The translations under genes and the position numbers were made by a program. Below are positions 24,476 through 32,094 of a stretch of 32,094 bases of DNA, piece after piece. Source of the DNA: a virus (lineage: Duplodnaviria; Caudoviricetes); IMG/VR virus record IMGVR_UViG_3300011335_000271, positions 1-32,094 of that record; one strand, given 5' to 3'. Positions within the stretch are counted from its first letter, which is position 1. Each line of letters starts with the position of its first letter. The notes below the pieces were generated by a model. The model was not told the origin of the DNA and searched no databases. It worked only from the letters and a program-made list of their open reading frames with translations.

Positions 24476-26733
24476 TTCTGTAGTATATTAATTGTTTGGT
24501 TTTCTATGCTTCCATCGTTTAATGTAAACTCAATGTCTATAGGGTAAATTGTTCCTACAGTTCCACTAGGTAAATTAACTGTTACAATTTGACTATCCGT
24601 TATTTCATCAGGTGTTATAGTTACATCCGCATTTGAAGAAGTAATCAATGCACTTGCAGCGTTGTTTACAAAATCAATAGACAATTGAACATCTCCTCCT
24701 GCAACTCCTACATTTGGAATCTGAGTAGAATTAACCATTGGTCTAAAATCAAGTATCAATTGGAAGTTTACTTCACCTGTAGTTAAGTTAGATTGCATGG
24801 AGTTTATAATGTATCTCTTATCTCTAATAACTAATCTATCGTTTAATTGTAGTCCTGTCAAAAGTGAAATAGGTAAAATAGTTTTTACGCTAATCAATCT
24901 CTGCTTTAAGTTGTAAAGGTTGTATAAGTAAGAGAAATAGTAAGTTCCAAACAAAGTTTGTTGTACTGGAACATTCAATATTGTAGAAATATCAGGTGCA
25001 AAGTTTAATGTGTAATCTGTTAAGTTTGTGTATAAGTCTTGACCGAATGGAGTGTAGTTTGTTATTGTAGAAGTTGACGTTCCATTGTTAAATTTAAAGT
25101 CAGCATCCAAGTTGTCGTATTGATAAAGAAGTACAGGTTTAGGAACGTATGGAGCAAACTCATTGTTGAGTGCATAACCTACTTGAAGATTGCTTCCTGT
25201 GAATTTAGTCTGTAAAAGATTCTCAAAAGGTACATCTAAAGTAAACTCATCTCCATCATAGTTATATTGATAAGTCGTGTTTCCGTACTGCCTGTTAAAT
25301 AATTGACTAAATTGCTTATTAAGAAAGCACTCTGAATCTTGAAACTTCATTGTGATTTTCTTGTAAAGTTTCATTCTGTCTACATCAATTGAATTTACAT
25401 CTGTGTATTTAGATATGTCAACTATAGCTCCTTGTGAGTACCAATCATCCAATGGCTCAAGTTGGTAATCATTTTGAGCAATTGAGTAACAAGTCATGTT
25501 GAACATTTTACAGATTCCACTAAAGAAGTCGCTAATCTTCATCACAGGAGCTAATGACGCTAGGTCTGTGAAAGCTGGAAGTGTAACTGCATTAGTATTA
25601 ACTATTCCAATTTGAACTGCAATAGAAGGAGATGAAACATAACTGATTGTATATGTAATTGTAAAATCACAAGAACCTGCTGCATTAGAACGCACTTTAA
25701 AAGTATAAGTATCATCTAATCCAAACGCATCATATAAAGCAATTGATTGTAAGTTACCTGTGCTTATAAATATTAAATTTTGATATAAGTTTCCGTTTTG
25801 ATATACATCTACAAAATACGTTACTCCTGATGTTAAACTTGTAACATTTAATGTAATGACATGAGATATTGCATCTGTTTGATGTTGAACTCTGATTGAA
25901 TTATTCGTTAAGCTAATTGAATTAGTAGCATCATTTGGAGAAGTTGTTATTGTATCAAATGTGATATCTTTTGCTTCCGTGTAAAAGTTATTCTCATTCT
26001 TGTTTTTATACAATAAGAAAAGTTTAGTAAATCTCTCATCATCTAGAAAGTTTCCAAAAAATGTTACCCCGTATTTAGATGAAATTCTTTTGAAGATTTC
26101 AAATACTCGTAATGCAGGAAATAACTCGTTGTAGTGAATGTGTCCTGATGTTTGGTGAATGTCATTAGAACTACTCGTTGGAATTGTGTAATAAGCAGGA
26201 GTGATACTTGTAGGTGCAACGCCTTGATACGTCCAAACTCGTTTAGAACTTATCAAAGGGTATTTAACATCATAAGAGTTTGTGTCATCTTCTATTCTTG
26301 CTTTTACCTCTGCACCTGTGTACTCATGGTTGTTAGGAGTGTAATCTAAATCAGATAACATATCTTCACCAAAGTAATCTAGTAACGTCTTTCCATCCCC
26401 ATAAAAAGTAAGTGTGTAGCTTTCTACTTGTCCGTTTTTTAGTTGTGATTTTTCAATCTGAATCTTTCCACGTCTGAAGAAAGTTAAGTCAATTTCAATG
26501 AAAGCGTTTCTGCGTAGGTTATGGTCTATAGTTGCGTTTACATCACTCTGATAAAAGTGTTGAACGATTGCATTGTTATAAGGTGAAGCAGGAATTGTAA
26601 AGCTCTGTGAGAAGTCTGTGTAAGTCTTTGAGATATCAGCTACATTCTGCTGTGTTGATGTTACCTGAATCTGCTCATCATTGAATAGTTCGATTCTTTG
26701 TCCTTCGATATATACTTGTACTTTTCTATTCAT
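24472..26733 (-). CDS. Large tail tip/hub protein
   Basis: 753 aa; DISKTYTDFSQSFTIPAS N-terminus, beta-rich insert, LQLNDRLVIRDKRYIIN. Confidence 0.65.
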   Translation of the reverse strand: MNRKVQVYIEGQRIELFNDEQIQVTSTQQNVADISKTYTDFSQSFTIPASPYNNAIVQHFYQSDVNATIDHNLRRNAFIEIDLTFFRRGKIQIEKSQLKNGQVESYTLTFYGDGKTLLDYFGEDMLSDLDYTPNNHEYTGAEVKARIEDDTNSYDVKYPLISSKRVWTYQGVAPTSITPAYYTIPTSSSNDIHQTSGHIHYNELFPALRVFEIFKRISSKYGVTFFGNFLDDERFTKLFLLYKNKNENNFYTEAKDITFDTITTSPNDATNSISLTNNSIRVQHQTDAISHVITLNVTSLTSGVTYFVDVYQNGNLYQNLIFISTGNLQSIALYDAFGLDDTYTFKVRSNAAGSCDFTITYTISYVSSPSIAVQIGIVNTNAVTLPAFTDLASLAPVMKISDFFSGICKMFNMTCYSIAQNDYQLEPLDDWYSQGAIVDISKYTDVNSIDVDRMKLYKKITMKFQDSECFLNKQFSQLFNRQYGNTTYQYNYDGDEFTLDVPFENLLQTKFTGSNLQVGYALNNEFAPYVPKPVLLYQYDNLDADFKFNNGTSTSTITNYTPFGQDLYTNLTDYTLNFAPDISTILNVPVQQTLFGTYYFSYLYNLYNLKQRLISVKTILPISLLTGLQLNDRLVIRDKRYIINSMQSNLTTGEVNFQLILDFRPMVNSTQIPNVGVAGGDVQLSIDFVNNAASALITSSNADVTITPDEITDSQIVTVNLPSGTVGTIYPIDIEFTLNDGSIENQTINILQK

Positions 26734-27779
26734 TAGATTACAGAGTTAATTAAATCGTAAGCGTATTCAAATTCTAATTGATAATTAATCATGTGAGTAT
26801 TGATGCTCTTGAATAACTCAGTTGATTTCGTGTTTATCTTTACTGGAGATTTGTCTAGTAAGATTCTTTCACTTGCCATCAGCTCCTTAATTACATCTGA
26901 GTAGTTTTGATTTACCCAATCTGTATTAACTCTAATCTGTTGCTTCATGTTTGTATTAAACATCTTGCGTTGTCCTTCTTGAATAGAGTAATTAGGATAA
27001 GTGGATTGCATTAAGTTATACTCCGTGTTTTCCATGTTTATAGAAGTGTTAGATGCCTTAAAGAACCATTCAGTCTGCCATGCTCCGTAACGATTCACGA
27101 AATCACATCTTACAGGTGTGTATTTACATTCTGTTTTAGGTTGGAATATTGCTGCCCAAACTGTACTACCTCCGTTAATTATTTCTACTCTGTTTCCTTG
27201 ATTCAAATACGATGCAAATACTCTTGGGAAGTCTTGTACATTTGCAGTTCCCATTCCTGTAGTGTTTGATGCACCTGTTACTAAGTTTGTCCACTTGATA
27301 GAATCTCCAACAATGTTTTCTATTGTGATATGCCCTATACTACCTGAACCATCTAGATAGTAATTGTAAGTTCCTTGTGCTAAATGAACACGTCCTAAGT
27401 CGTAATTGTAACCTTCATTATAATATGTAAATCCTTCGTATGCTCTATGCGTTTGAGTAGAACCTACCTGAATAAAAATAGAACTTACTTTTTTATAAAG
27501 TTTCAATCCTACCCAACACCATTGAGCAGCGGGATTAACTGCGTTTCCAGTTGTGATGTTCTGTAGTGTTTGATGACTTATAAATTCTCTGATATATGGT
27601 GCTATGTCGTAATAAGTAGCAGGTGAACTTGATGAAGGTATCTTCTTGCTTAACGTGTAAGCAGGTGAAGAAGGCATTGGAGTAGTATTACCATTCCAAA
27701 GGAATACTTCAAGTTTAGTTTCAATCTGAGAAGTCTCATTGATTGTTACGATATAAGGTGAACGTGCGAAAATTGCCAT
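26733..27779 (-). CDS. Tail structural protein (distal-tail-like)
   Basis: 348 aa; ARSPY, FVNRYGAWQ, VNTDWV; tail module context. Confidence 0.6.
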   Translation of the reverse strand: MAIFARSPYIVTINETSQIETKLEVFLWNGNTTPMPSSPAYTLSKKIPSSSSPATYYDIAPYIREFISHQTLQNITTGNAVNPAAQWCWVGLKLYKKVSSIFIQVGSTQTHRAYEGFTYYNEGYNYDLGRVHLAQGTYNYYLDGSGSIGHITIENIVGDSIKWTNLVTGASNTTGMGTANVQDFPRVFASYLNQGNRVEIINGGSTVWAAIFQPKTECKYTPVRCDFVNRYGAWQTEWFFKASNTSINMENTEYNLMQSTYPNYSIQEGQRKMFNTNMKQQIRVNTDWVNQNYSDVIKELMASERILLDKSPVKINTKSTELFKSINTHMINYQLEFEYAYDLINSVI

Positions 27780-28292
27780 CTATTTTATTTGTTTAGGAAA
27801 TGTTGTTGTGTTAAATAATTTTATTGCATCTAATCCAAATGCTTCTACTAAGTCTTGAGGTAAACGTTTATATGCTTTCTCAAATGGTTTGGTAAAGAAT
27901 AGACTAGGTTTGATTCCGTTTATATATACAGAACGAGCAATTGCAAAAGACAAAGATTTACGATTAGCAAATTTACCTTTATCTCGTGGAGCAAGTCCTT
28001 TTTTTACTACCCACTTATCAAATGCTTTTGCAGGTGGCATCTTGTTAGTGTACTTGTAATCCGTGTTGTACTTTTTCTTTACTCCGCTAACTCCTTTGTC
28101 TTGGTAGAATCCGTACTCTTCCATTGTGAAGTCCATGCTGAATGAATTAGGCATGGCTTTGACATTACCCTTGATTGAGTTATATAAGCTCTTAGACGTG
28201 TTCTTTCGTTGACGTGTAAGATTTGCTTTAGCTTGACTAATTACATAGTCTCTAAATTTGTTTAACTCTACCTGTAATTCAGATTGATTCAT
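27780..28292 (-). CDS. Putative neck/tail-completion protein
   Basis: Basic 170 aa; LYNSI, YGFYQDKGV, IARSVYINGIKPSLFF. Confidence 0.6.
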   Translation of the reverse strand: MNQSELQVELNKFRDYVISQAKANLTRQRKNTSKSLYNSIKGNVKAMPNSFSMDFTMEEYGFYQDKGVSGVKKKYNTDYKYTNKMPPAKAFDKWVVKKGLAPRDKGKFANRKSLSFAIARSVYINGIKPSLFFTKPFEKAYKRLPQDLVEAFGLDAIKLFNTTTFPKQIK

Positions 28293-28444
28293 TCTCCTTT
28301 TAGTGCTTTAAGTTCATTGTACATAGCTAGTAATTCAGCTTCCTTTTCAGCAATTATTTGTTCTTGTGTAGGTTCGTATATTTCTAGGAATTCAACCCTA
28401 ACAAGCCCGTTTTCGTCGTATATTTCATGTCTTATTTGCGGCAT
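28289..28444 (-). CDS. Small acidic protein, possible tail fibre chaperone (51 aa, not in ORF track)
   Basis: MPQIRHEIYDENGLVRVEFLEIYEPTQEQIIAEKEAELLAMYNELKALKGE; coupled to the fibre gene. Confidence 0.65.
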   Translation of the reverse strand: MPQIRHEIYDENGLVRVEFLEIYEPTQEQIIAEKEAELLAMYNELKALKGE

Positions 28445-29592
28445 TATACTTGTCTTATTAAAATGTTTACTACGTTAGTTGACGTATAAGTATTATAATT
28501 AAATGTAGTTGGTGCAGTTCCCAAAGTAGTGTTGATTCTTGACCAACCAACTACTGCTGTTGATAAACTAGACCAAAATATAGGTAACATAGCACCTACT
28601 GAAATTGTCCTAAATGTCGCAATTCCATTTGAATAAAACCCAAGCCAATATGTTGTGCCTGCCGTAAATGTTAACCCACTTAAAACTGTTTTATCACCTA
28701 TAGTAGAACAATCTATATCTGTTGATTCATATAGTTTAGTTGTCGGGAAACTATTTGAATTTGAATAAACAACAATCCTTGCTAATGAGCCTACCCCTAG
28801 TGTTGCAACGTTTATTGTTAAAGAAACATTGGTTAATGTTCTATTTGGTGTGACAGGGTAAACATCTAATCTTCCTGATGTAGGAACAGCTGTACCTGTA
28901 TTTGAAGCAATTAAAGCTGCATTAAAACCAAATATAGTTGGGTTTCCTCCATTATTATTGAATTGAATTTGTGCTCCTTGTAAACCACTTCCACCACCAC
29001 TTACAACTAAATCTCCACTCCCTAAAACAGAACTTCCGTTTATTGTTTTAATATTAGTTCCTGAAACTAGTGTTGCTTGCTTAGTTGCGTCTTGTGTATC
29101 TACATAAGTAGTTGTTGCTAATCCTGCCGTGCTTGGAATAGTTGGTTTGTTTAGAATCTGAGCATCTCCGCTTGTAGCGTTCCAATCTGCATTAACATTT
29201 ACTTCAGCACCATCTGCTATTCCTGTAAGTTTTGTTTTCTCCGTGTTAGTGTAGTCGTTTGTGCTTAGTCCTTTTCCTGCTACCTTATCTACTTTTAAAT
29301 TTAAAGCAGTTTGTGTTGCAGTTGAAATAGGTTTATCTAAGTCTGCAGTATTATCTACGTTTCCTAATCCTACTTCGTCTTTTGTTACAGACGTTGTTGT
29401 TGGTGCTGCTGATATGCTACCCCAAGAAGATGCAAATCTTTTATCTACCTCGTTGTATTTAGTTCCATCCCAAGTGTAAAGTTTGTTATTGTTTAATGCC
29501 TTGTACAAAATAGCAACGTTGCCAGTTGAAGGAAACGAAGCTAAATTAGTATAGCTCTGTGTAACGCTAGGAAGATTTATATTAATAGCCAT
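28444..29592 (-). CDS. Tail fibre/receptor-binding protein
   Basis: Probable start MAININLP; fibre shaft motifs VGLGNVDNTADLDKPIS, GKGLSTNDYT, LVSGTNIKTING; beta-rich head. Confidence 0.8.
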   Translation of the reverse strand: MAININLPSVTQSYTNLASFPSTGNVAILYKALNNNKLYTWDGTKYNEVDKRFASSWGSISAAPTTTSVTKDEVGLGNVDNTADLDKPISTATQTALNLKVDKVAGKGLSTNDYTNTEKTKLTGIADGAEVNVNADWNATSGDAQILNKPTIPSTAGLATTTYVDTQDATKQATLVSGTNIKTINGSSVLGSGDLVVSGGGSGLQGAQIQFNNNGGNPTIFGFNAALIASNTGTAVPTSGRLDVYPVTPNRTLTNVSLTINVATLGVGSLARIVVYSNSNSFPTTKLYESTDIDCSTIGDKTVLSGLTFTAGTTYWLGFYSNGIATFRTISVGAMLPIFWSSLSTAVVGWSRINTTLGTAPTTFNYNTYTSTNVVNILIRQV

Positions 29593-30047
29593 TAGCAGAT
29601 AGTCATTTCGTTTGGAACTACTATATCTAATGTCATTGTCCATCCTGCAAGTAAGTTCTCAAATCTTTCTGTGAATGGTTCTAATGTAGGGTCTGATTCA
29701 ATAACATATTTATCATCCCATAATGTACCATGAAGCATCTGTTGATACGCACGATTTAACATAGTAAATTGAGCATTTAATACATCTAGTTCATTATTGT
29801 TTTCCTCAAAGATATCTGTTACCTCTGATTTAGAAATATCAACTATATCCATTGCAATAATTGATACATTAAAGCTAATTGTGTTATCTCCTAATGTAGA
29901 ACTATTCACCATTAAGTGAGTAAGTGGAAAGATAGTTTGTTTGTTCAAGTCAACTTGAAAGATGTCTCCCTGTGTAACACTATTTACTATCGGGTCTGCA
30001 TTAAAGTAAACCTTTAGTTTATTAAGTAAGTCGTAAAATCCTGTCAT
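29592..30047 (-). CDS. Putative tail terminator protein
   Basis: Acidic 151 aa; TIFPLTH, EPFTERFENLLAGW. Confidence 0.6.
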   Translation of the reverse strand: MTGFYDLLNKLKVYFNADPIVNSVTQGDIFQVDLNKQTIFPLTHLMVNSSTLGDNTISFNVSIIAMDIVDISKSEVTDIFEENNNELDVLNAQFTMLNRAYQQMLHGTLWDDKYVIESDPTLEPFTERFENLLAGWTMTLDIVVPNEMTIC

Positions 30048-30319
30048 TTTTTTAAGTTTCTTTCAAATTGTCGTTGTTCAATTCCGTTTTTTTGTTTCTC
30101 GAAGGTGAGATAGGTGAGACATTTAGTAAGTTTGTATTTGGTGACATCGTCGAACTTTGTAATGTCTCCTTTAGCGAGTGCATAAACTGACTGATACCAT
30201 CCCCATCGTTTTGCAAATTGAGTTGTTTCTGAAAAGTCGTTGCTAATGTCTTGTTCTTCTTCATCTCTTTCTCCAAATAAATCAGGGTAGCCTGAACTAA
30301 CTCGTTTCCTAAAGTCCAA
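30044..30319 (-). CDS. Frameshifted (-1) C-terminus of the tail assembly chaperone (GT-like)
   Basis: Opens exactly at the T9 run 30326-30318 in the -1 frame; KRWGWYQSVYALAKGD; stop overlaps the next ATG. Confidence 0.7.
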   Translation of the reverse strand: MDFRKRVSSGYPDLFGERDEEEQDISNDFSETTQFAKRWGWYQSVYALAKGDITKFDDVTKYKLTKCLTYLTFEKQKNGIEQRQFERNLKK

Positions 30320-30819
30320 AAAAAAAGAGAAGATGCTATTACTACATCAAGTGGAGCAAATCGCATTAACTCTTGGAAGTCTTTGTTTGGTTCGTATGGT
30401 AAAATGTCGTATTTATCTTTTCGTGTTTTCACAATAGGTCTGTACATGACTGCCATTGCTTTATGATATGTGTCCCAACTTTGCAAGTGAGATTCTAAAT
30501 CCACGTATTCACCAAAACTAATCTCTTCTAACTCTGGAATGAATCCAAATTCTATTTGTCCTTCCTCTGCTGAGATTTTGAACGTGCGTTGAAACACAGG
30601 TTTCTCTGCAAATAACTTACTGAAGTGTGCTATTAGCTCATTTAAGCTCGTTAGCTTCATTTTAACTACGTCTTTCAATGGAATACCACAAAAGATTTCT
30701 ACCATCTTCTGAGCGACAAATTCCTCATCGTTGGAATCTGCCTGAACTTTTAGGAATTCTTGGTAGTGTTTAAGTGGAATTTCACTTAGGGAAGAAGGTA
30801 CGTTGATTTCAAACTTCAT
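30052..30819 (-). CDS. Tail assembly chaperone (G-like)
   Basis: VPSSLSEIPL, FGFIPELEEISFGEYVDL, MAVMYRP; contains the slippery CTTTTTTTTTGG. Confidence 0.7.
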   Translation of the reverse strand: MKFEINVPSSLSEIPLKHYQEFLKVQADSNDEEFVAQKMVEIFCGIPLKDVVKMKLTSLNELIAHFSKLFAEKPVFQRTFKISAEEGQIEFGFIPELEEISFGEYVDLESHLQSWDTYHKAMAVMYRPIVKTRKDKYDILPYEPNKDFQELMRFAPLDVVIASSLFFWTLGNELVQATLIYLEKEMKKNKTLATTFQKQLNLQNDGDGISQFMHSLKETLQSSTMSPNTNLLNVSPISPSRNKKTELNNDNLKET

Positions 30820-30825
30820 AATATA

Positions 30826-30852
30826 TAAACTTATTTATTCTTGTTTTGTTGT
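30826..30852 (-). promoter_or_regulatory. ECF-type late promoter
   Basis: ACAACA-N14-AAGTTTA. Confidence 0.65.
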
Positions 30853-31013
30853 ACTTGGATAATATCGAACGCTGCAGTAAGCATTTGAAAGTGTCTACGT
30901 ATCATCATGACATCATCGAATACTATTCTGATTCGTTTTCCTGTACGCTGATAGATGTAGTCCTCAACTACTCTTTTCATCATTGGTAAATCATCTGATG
31001 TTGTATTGTCCAT
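30831..31013 (-). CDS. Hypothetical protein
   Basis: 60 aa; VVEDYIYQRTGKRIRI. Confidence 0.65.
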   Translation of the reverse strand: MDNTTSDDLPMMKRVVEDYIYQRTGKRIRIVFDDVMMIRRHFQMLTAAFDIIQVQQNKNK

Positions 31014-32094
31014 AGTTCTTTTTTAGCCCTAGTGTTTCCATCTCATGATATCTTAAAGCATCTATAGCATGGTTAAAATGGTCTATAGGAACGTTTCTTC
31101 TCGTTCCGTCTTTCGCTACATCCCAACAATAGCTTCTTAGCTCTTTGATTAAGTTTTGACTTTGCGAAGTTACTAAGTATTCTTGTCTTTGCATGATGTC
31201 AATCCCGAATCTAATTGAGTCTACTCCTTTTGTTACTCCTTTAATCATCTTTCCGAAACGCCTGATTTCTTCTATTGATTTAGGTTCTGATGAATCCGCA
31301 TAAATTGTTACACTATTTGGGAGCAGATTTGCAATGTCTGAGTTTACCATTCCTGTACAATAGCATAGCTCGTTTATTATTCTTTGTCCGTTGTAGTTGT
31401 AGATTTCTATTGCTGATGTAGGGTCATTCGTATATCCAAAGTCAAGTCCGATTCCAATCAACTTAGCTTCAGCAGGTATCTTATCAATTGTTTTCCAGTT
31501 GTCAAAGATTACACCCTCAAGACTTCCTATCTCTCCAAGTCCGTACACTCTCCACCAATTTGCCCAATAAGAACTTGTAGCTGCTTTCTCACGATTCTTT
31601 TCTATTTGAGATACGATTGATTCATCCAATGCTTCGTTGTCTTTGTAGGTTAATATAATAAAATCTGAATCAGGTTCGTCTTTTAGTTCCTTGTGTACCC
31701 AAAACTCATTTGCCGGATTAAAGTCAAGAAACACCTCTTTCTTTGTACGAATAGAAAGCTCGTTGTAAGATTCAAATGTTACGTTGTTGCACTCATTGAT
31801 GTAAAGGATATCTCTTCTTGCTCCTCTTAACTTAGATGCGTCATCTGCTGAGAAGAACTCTATTACACTTCCATTACCAAATTCGTATCTTAGGAGTGAT
31901 TTATTGAATCTGTCATCAATGTATCTTCCTGTCCATCGCATGATTTTCACGAAGTCTTTTAATGCACCTCTTCGTAAGTGAGGAATGGATTCAGCAACTA
32001 CTGATACTTCTAATCCTGCTTGACGTGTACACTGGTCTATAAGTACAGGCAAGATTCCGAACGTCTTACCTGCTGATGTACCTCCTTGAATTAT
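30991..32094 (-). CDS. terL: Terminase large subunit (PBSX/Terminase_3-like), 3' part
   Basis: KLRGARRDILYINE Walker B, DFNP, TYKDN, GLDFGYTNDP, HAIDALRY nuclease motifs. Confidence 0.95.
   Translation of the reverse strand: MIQGGTSAGKTFGILPVLIDQCTRQAGLEVSVVAESIPHLRRGALKDFVKIMRWTGRYIDDRFNKSLLRYEFGNGSVIEFFSADDASKLRGARRDILYINECNNVTFESYNELSIRTKKEVFLDFNPANEFWVHKELKDEPDSDFIILTYKDNEALDESIVSQIEKNREKAATSSYWANWWRVYGLGEIGSLEGVIFDNWKTIDKIPAEAKLIGIGLDFGYTNDPTSAIEIYNYNGQRIINELCYCTGMVNSDIANLLPNSVTIYADSSEPKSIEEIRRFGKMIKGVTKGVDSIRFGIDIMQRQEYLVTSQSQNLIKELRSYCWDVAKDGTRRNVPIDHFNHAIDALRYHEMETLGLKKNYGQYNIR
31908..32094. repeat. Terminal direct repeat, right copy
   Basis: Matches 1-187 with one substitution. Confidence 0.95.

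Noticed and set aside
487-29479. Other short plus-strand ORFs and nested minus-strand ORFs (12374..12562, 13581..13808)
   Set aside because: They lie within or opposite well-supported genes and show no independent motifs
1-32094. Lysogeny module, tRNA genes, alternative genetic code
   Set aside because: No integrase, clear repressor or tRNA cloverleaf seen; long genes read intact in the standard code and TAA, TAG and TGA are all used as stops

Overview
The window looks like a complete, circularly assembled genome (about 31,907 bp) of a small tailed dsDNA phage with a probable non-contractile tail and a probable Bacteroidota/Flavobacterium-like host. Bases 1-187 repeat 31908-32094 with one mismatch, and the terminase large subunit reads across that junction. 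All credible genes are on the minus strand. Early/middle genes (about 11430 down to 1830) include a pentapeptide-repeat protein, a DnaA-C-like HTH protein, a replication initiator with internal iterons, a helicase, NinG, ERF, a YqaJ exonuclease, an SSB-like protein and an ECF-type sigma factor. Late genes include TerS/TerL, a frameshifted tail chaperone, tail and head modules, holin, amidase, a u-spanin and a metallophosphoesterase. I saw no integrase, clear repressor, tRNA or CRISPR array. The most notable unexplained structures are (1) a roughly 470-bp non-coding array of different operator-like palindromes upstream of the early promoter, (2) small genes joined by an identical 20-bp junction repeat, (3) a predicted kissing-loop/terminator RNA leader before the replication operon, (4) four exactly spaced ECF-like late promoters, (5) a tail chaperone with two fully overlapping C-termini, and (6) a shared peptide motif in several head-associated proteins. 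All product calls come from motif recognition and gene context; no database search was run.
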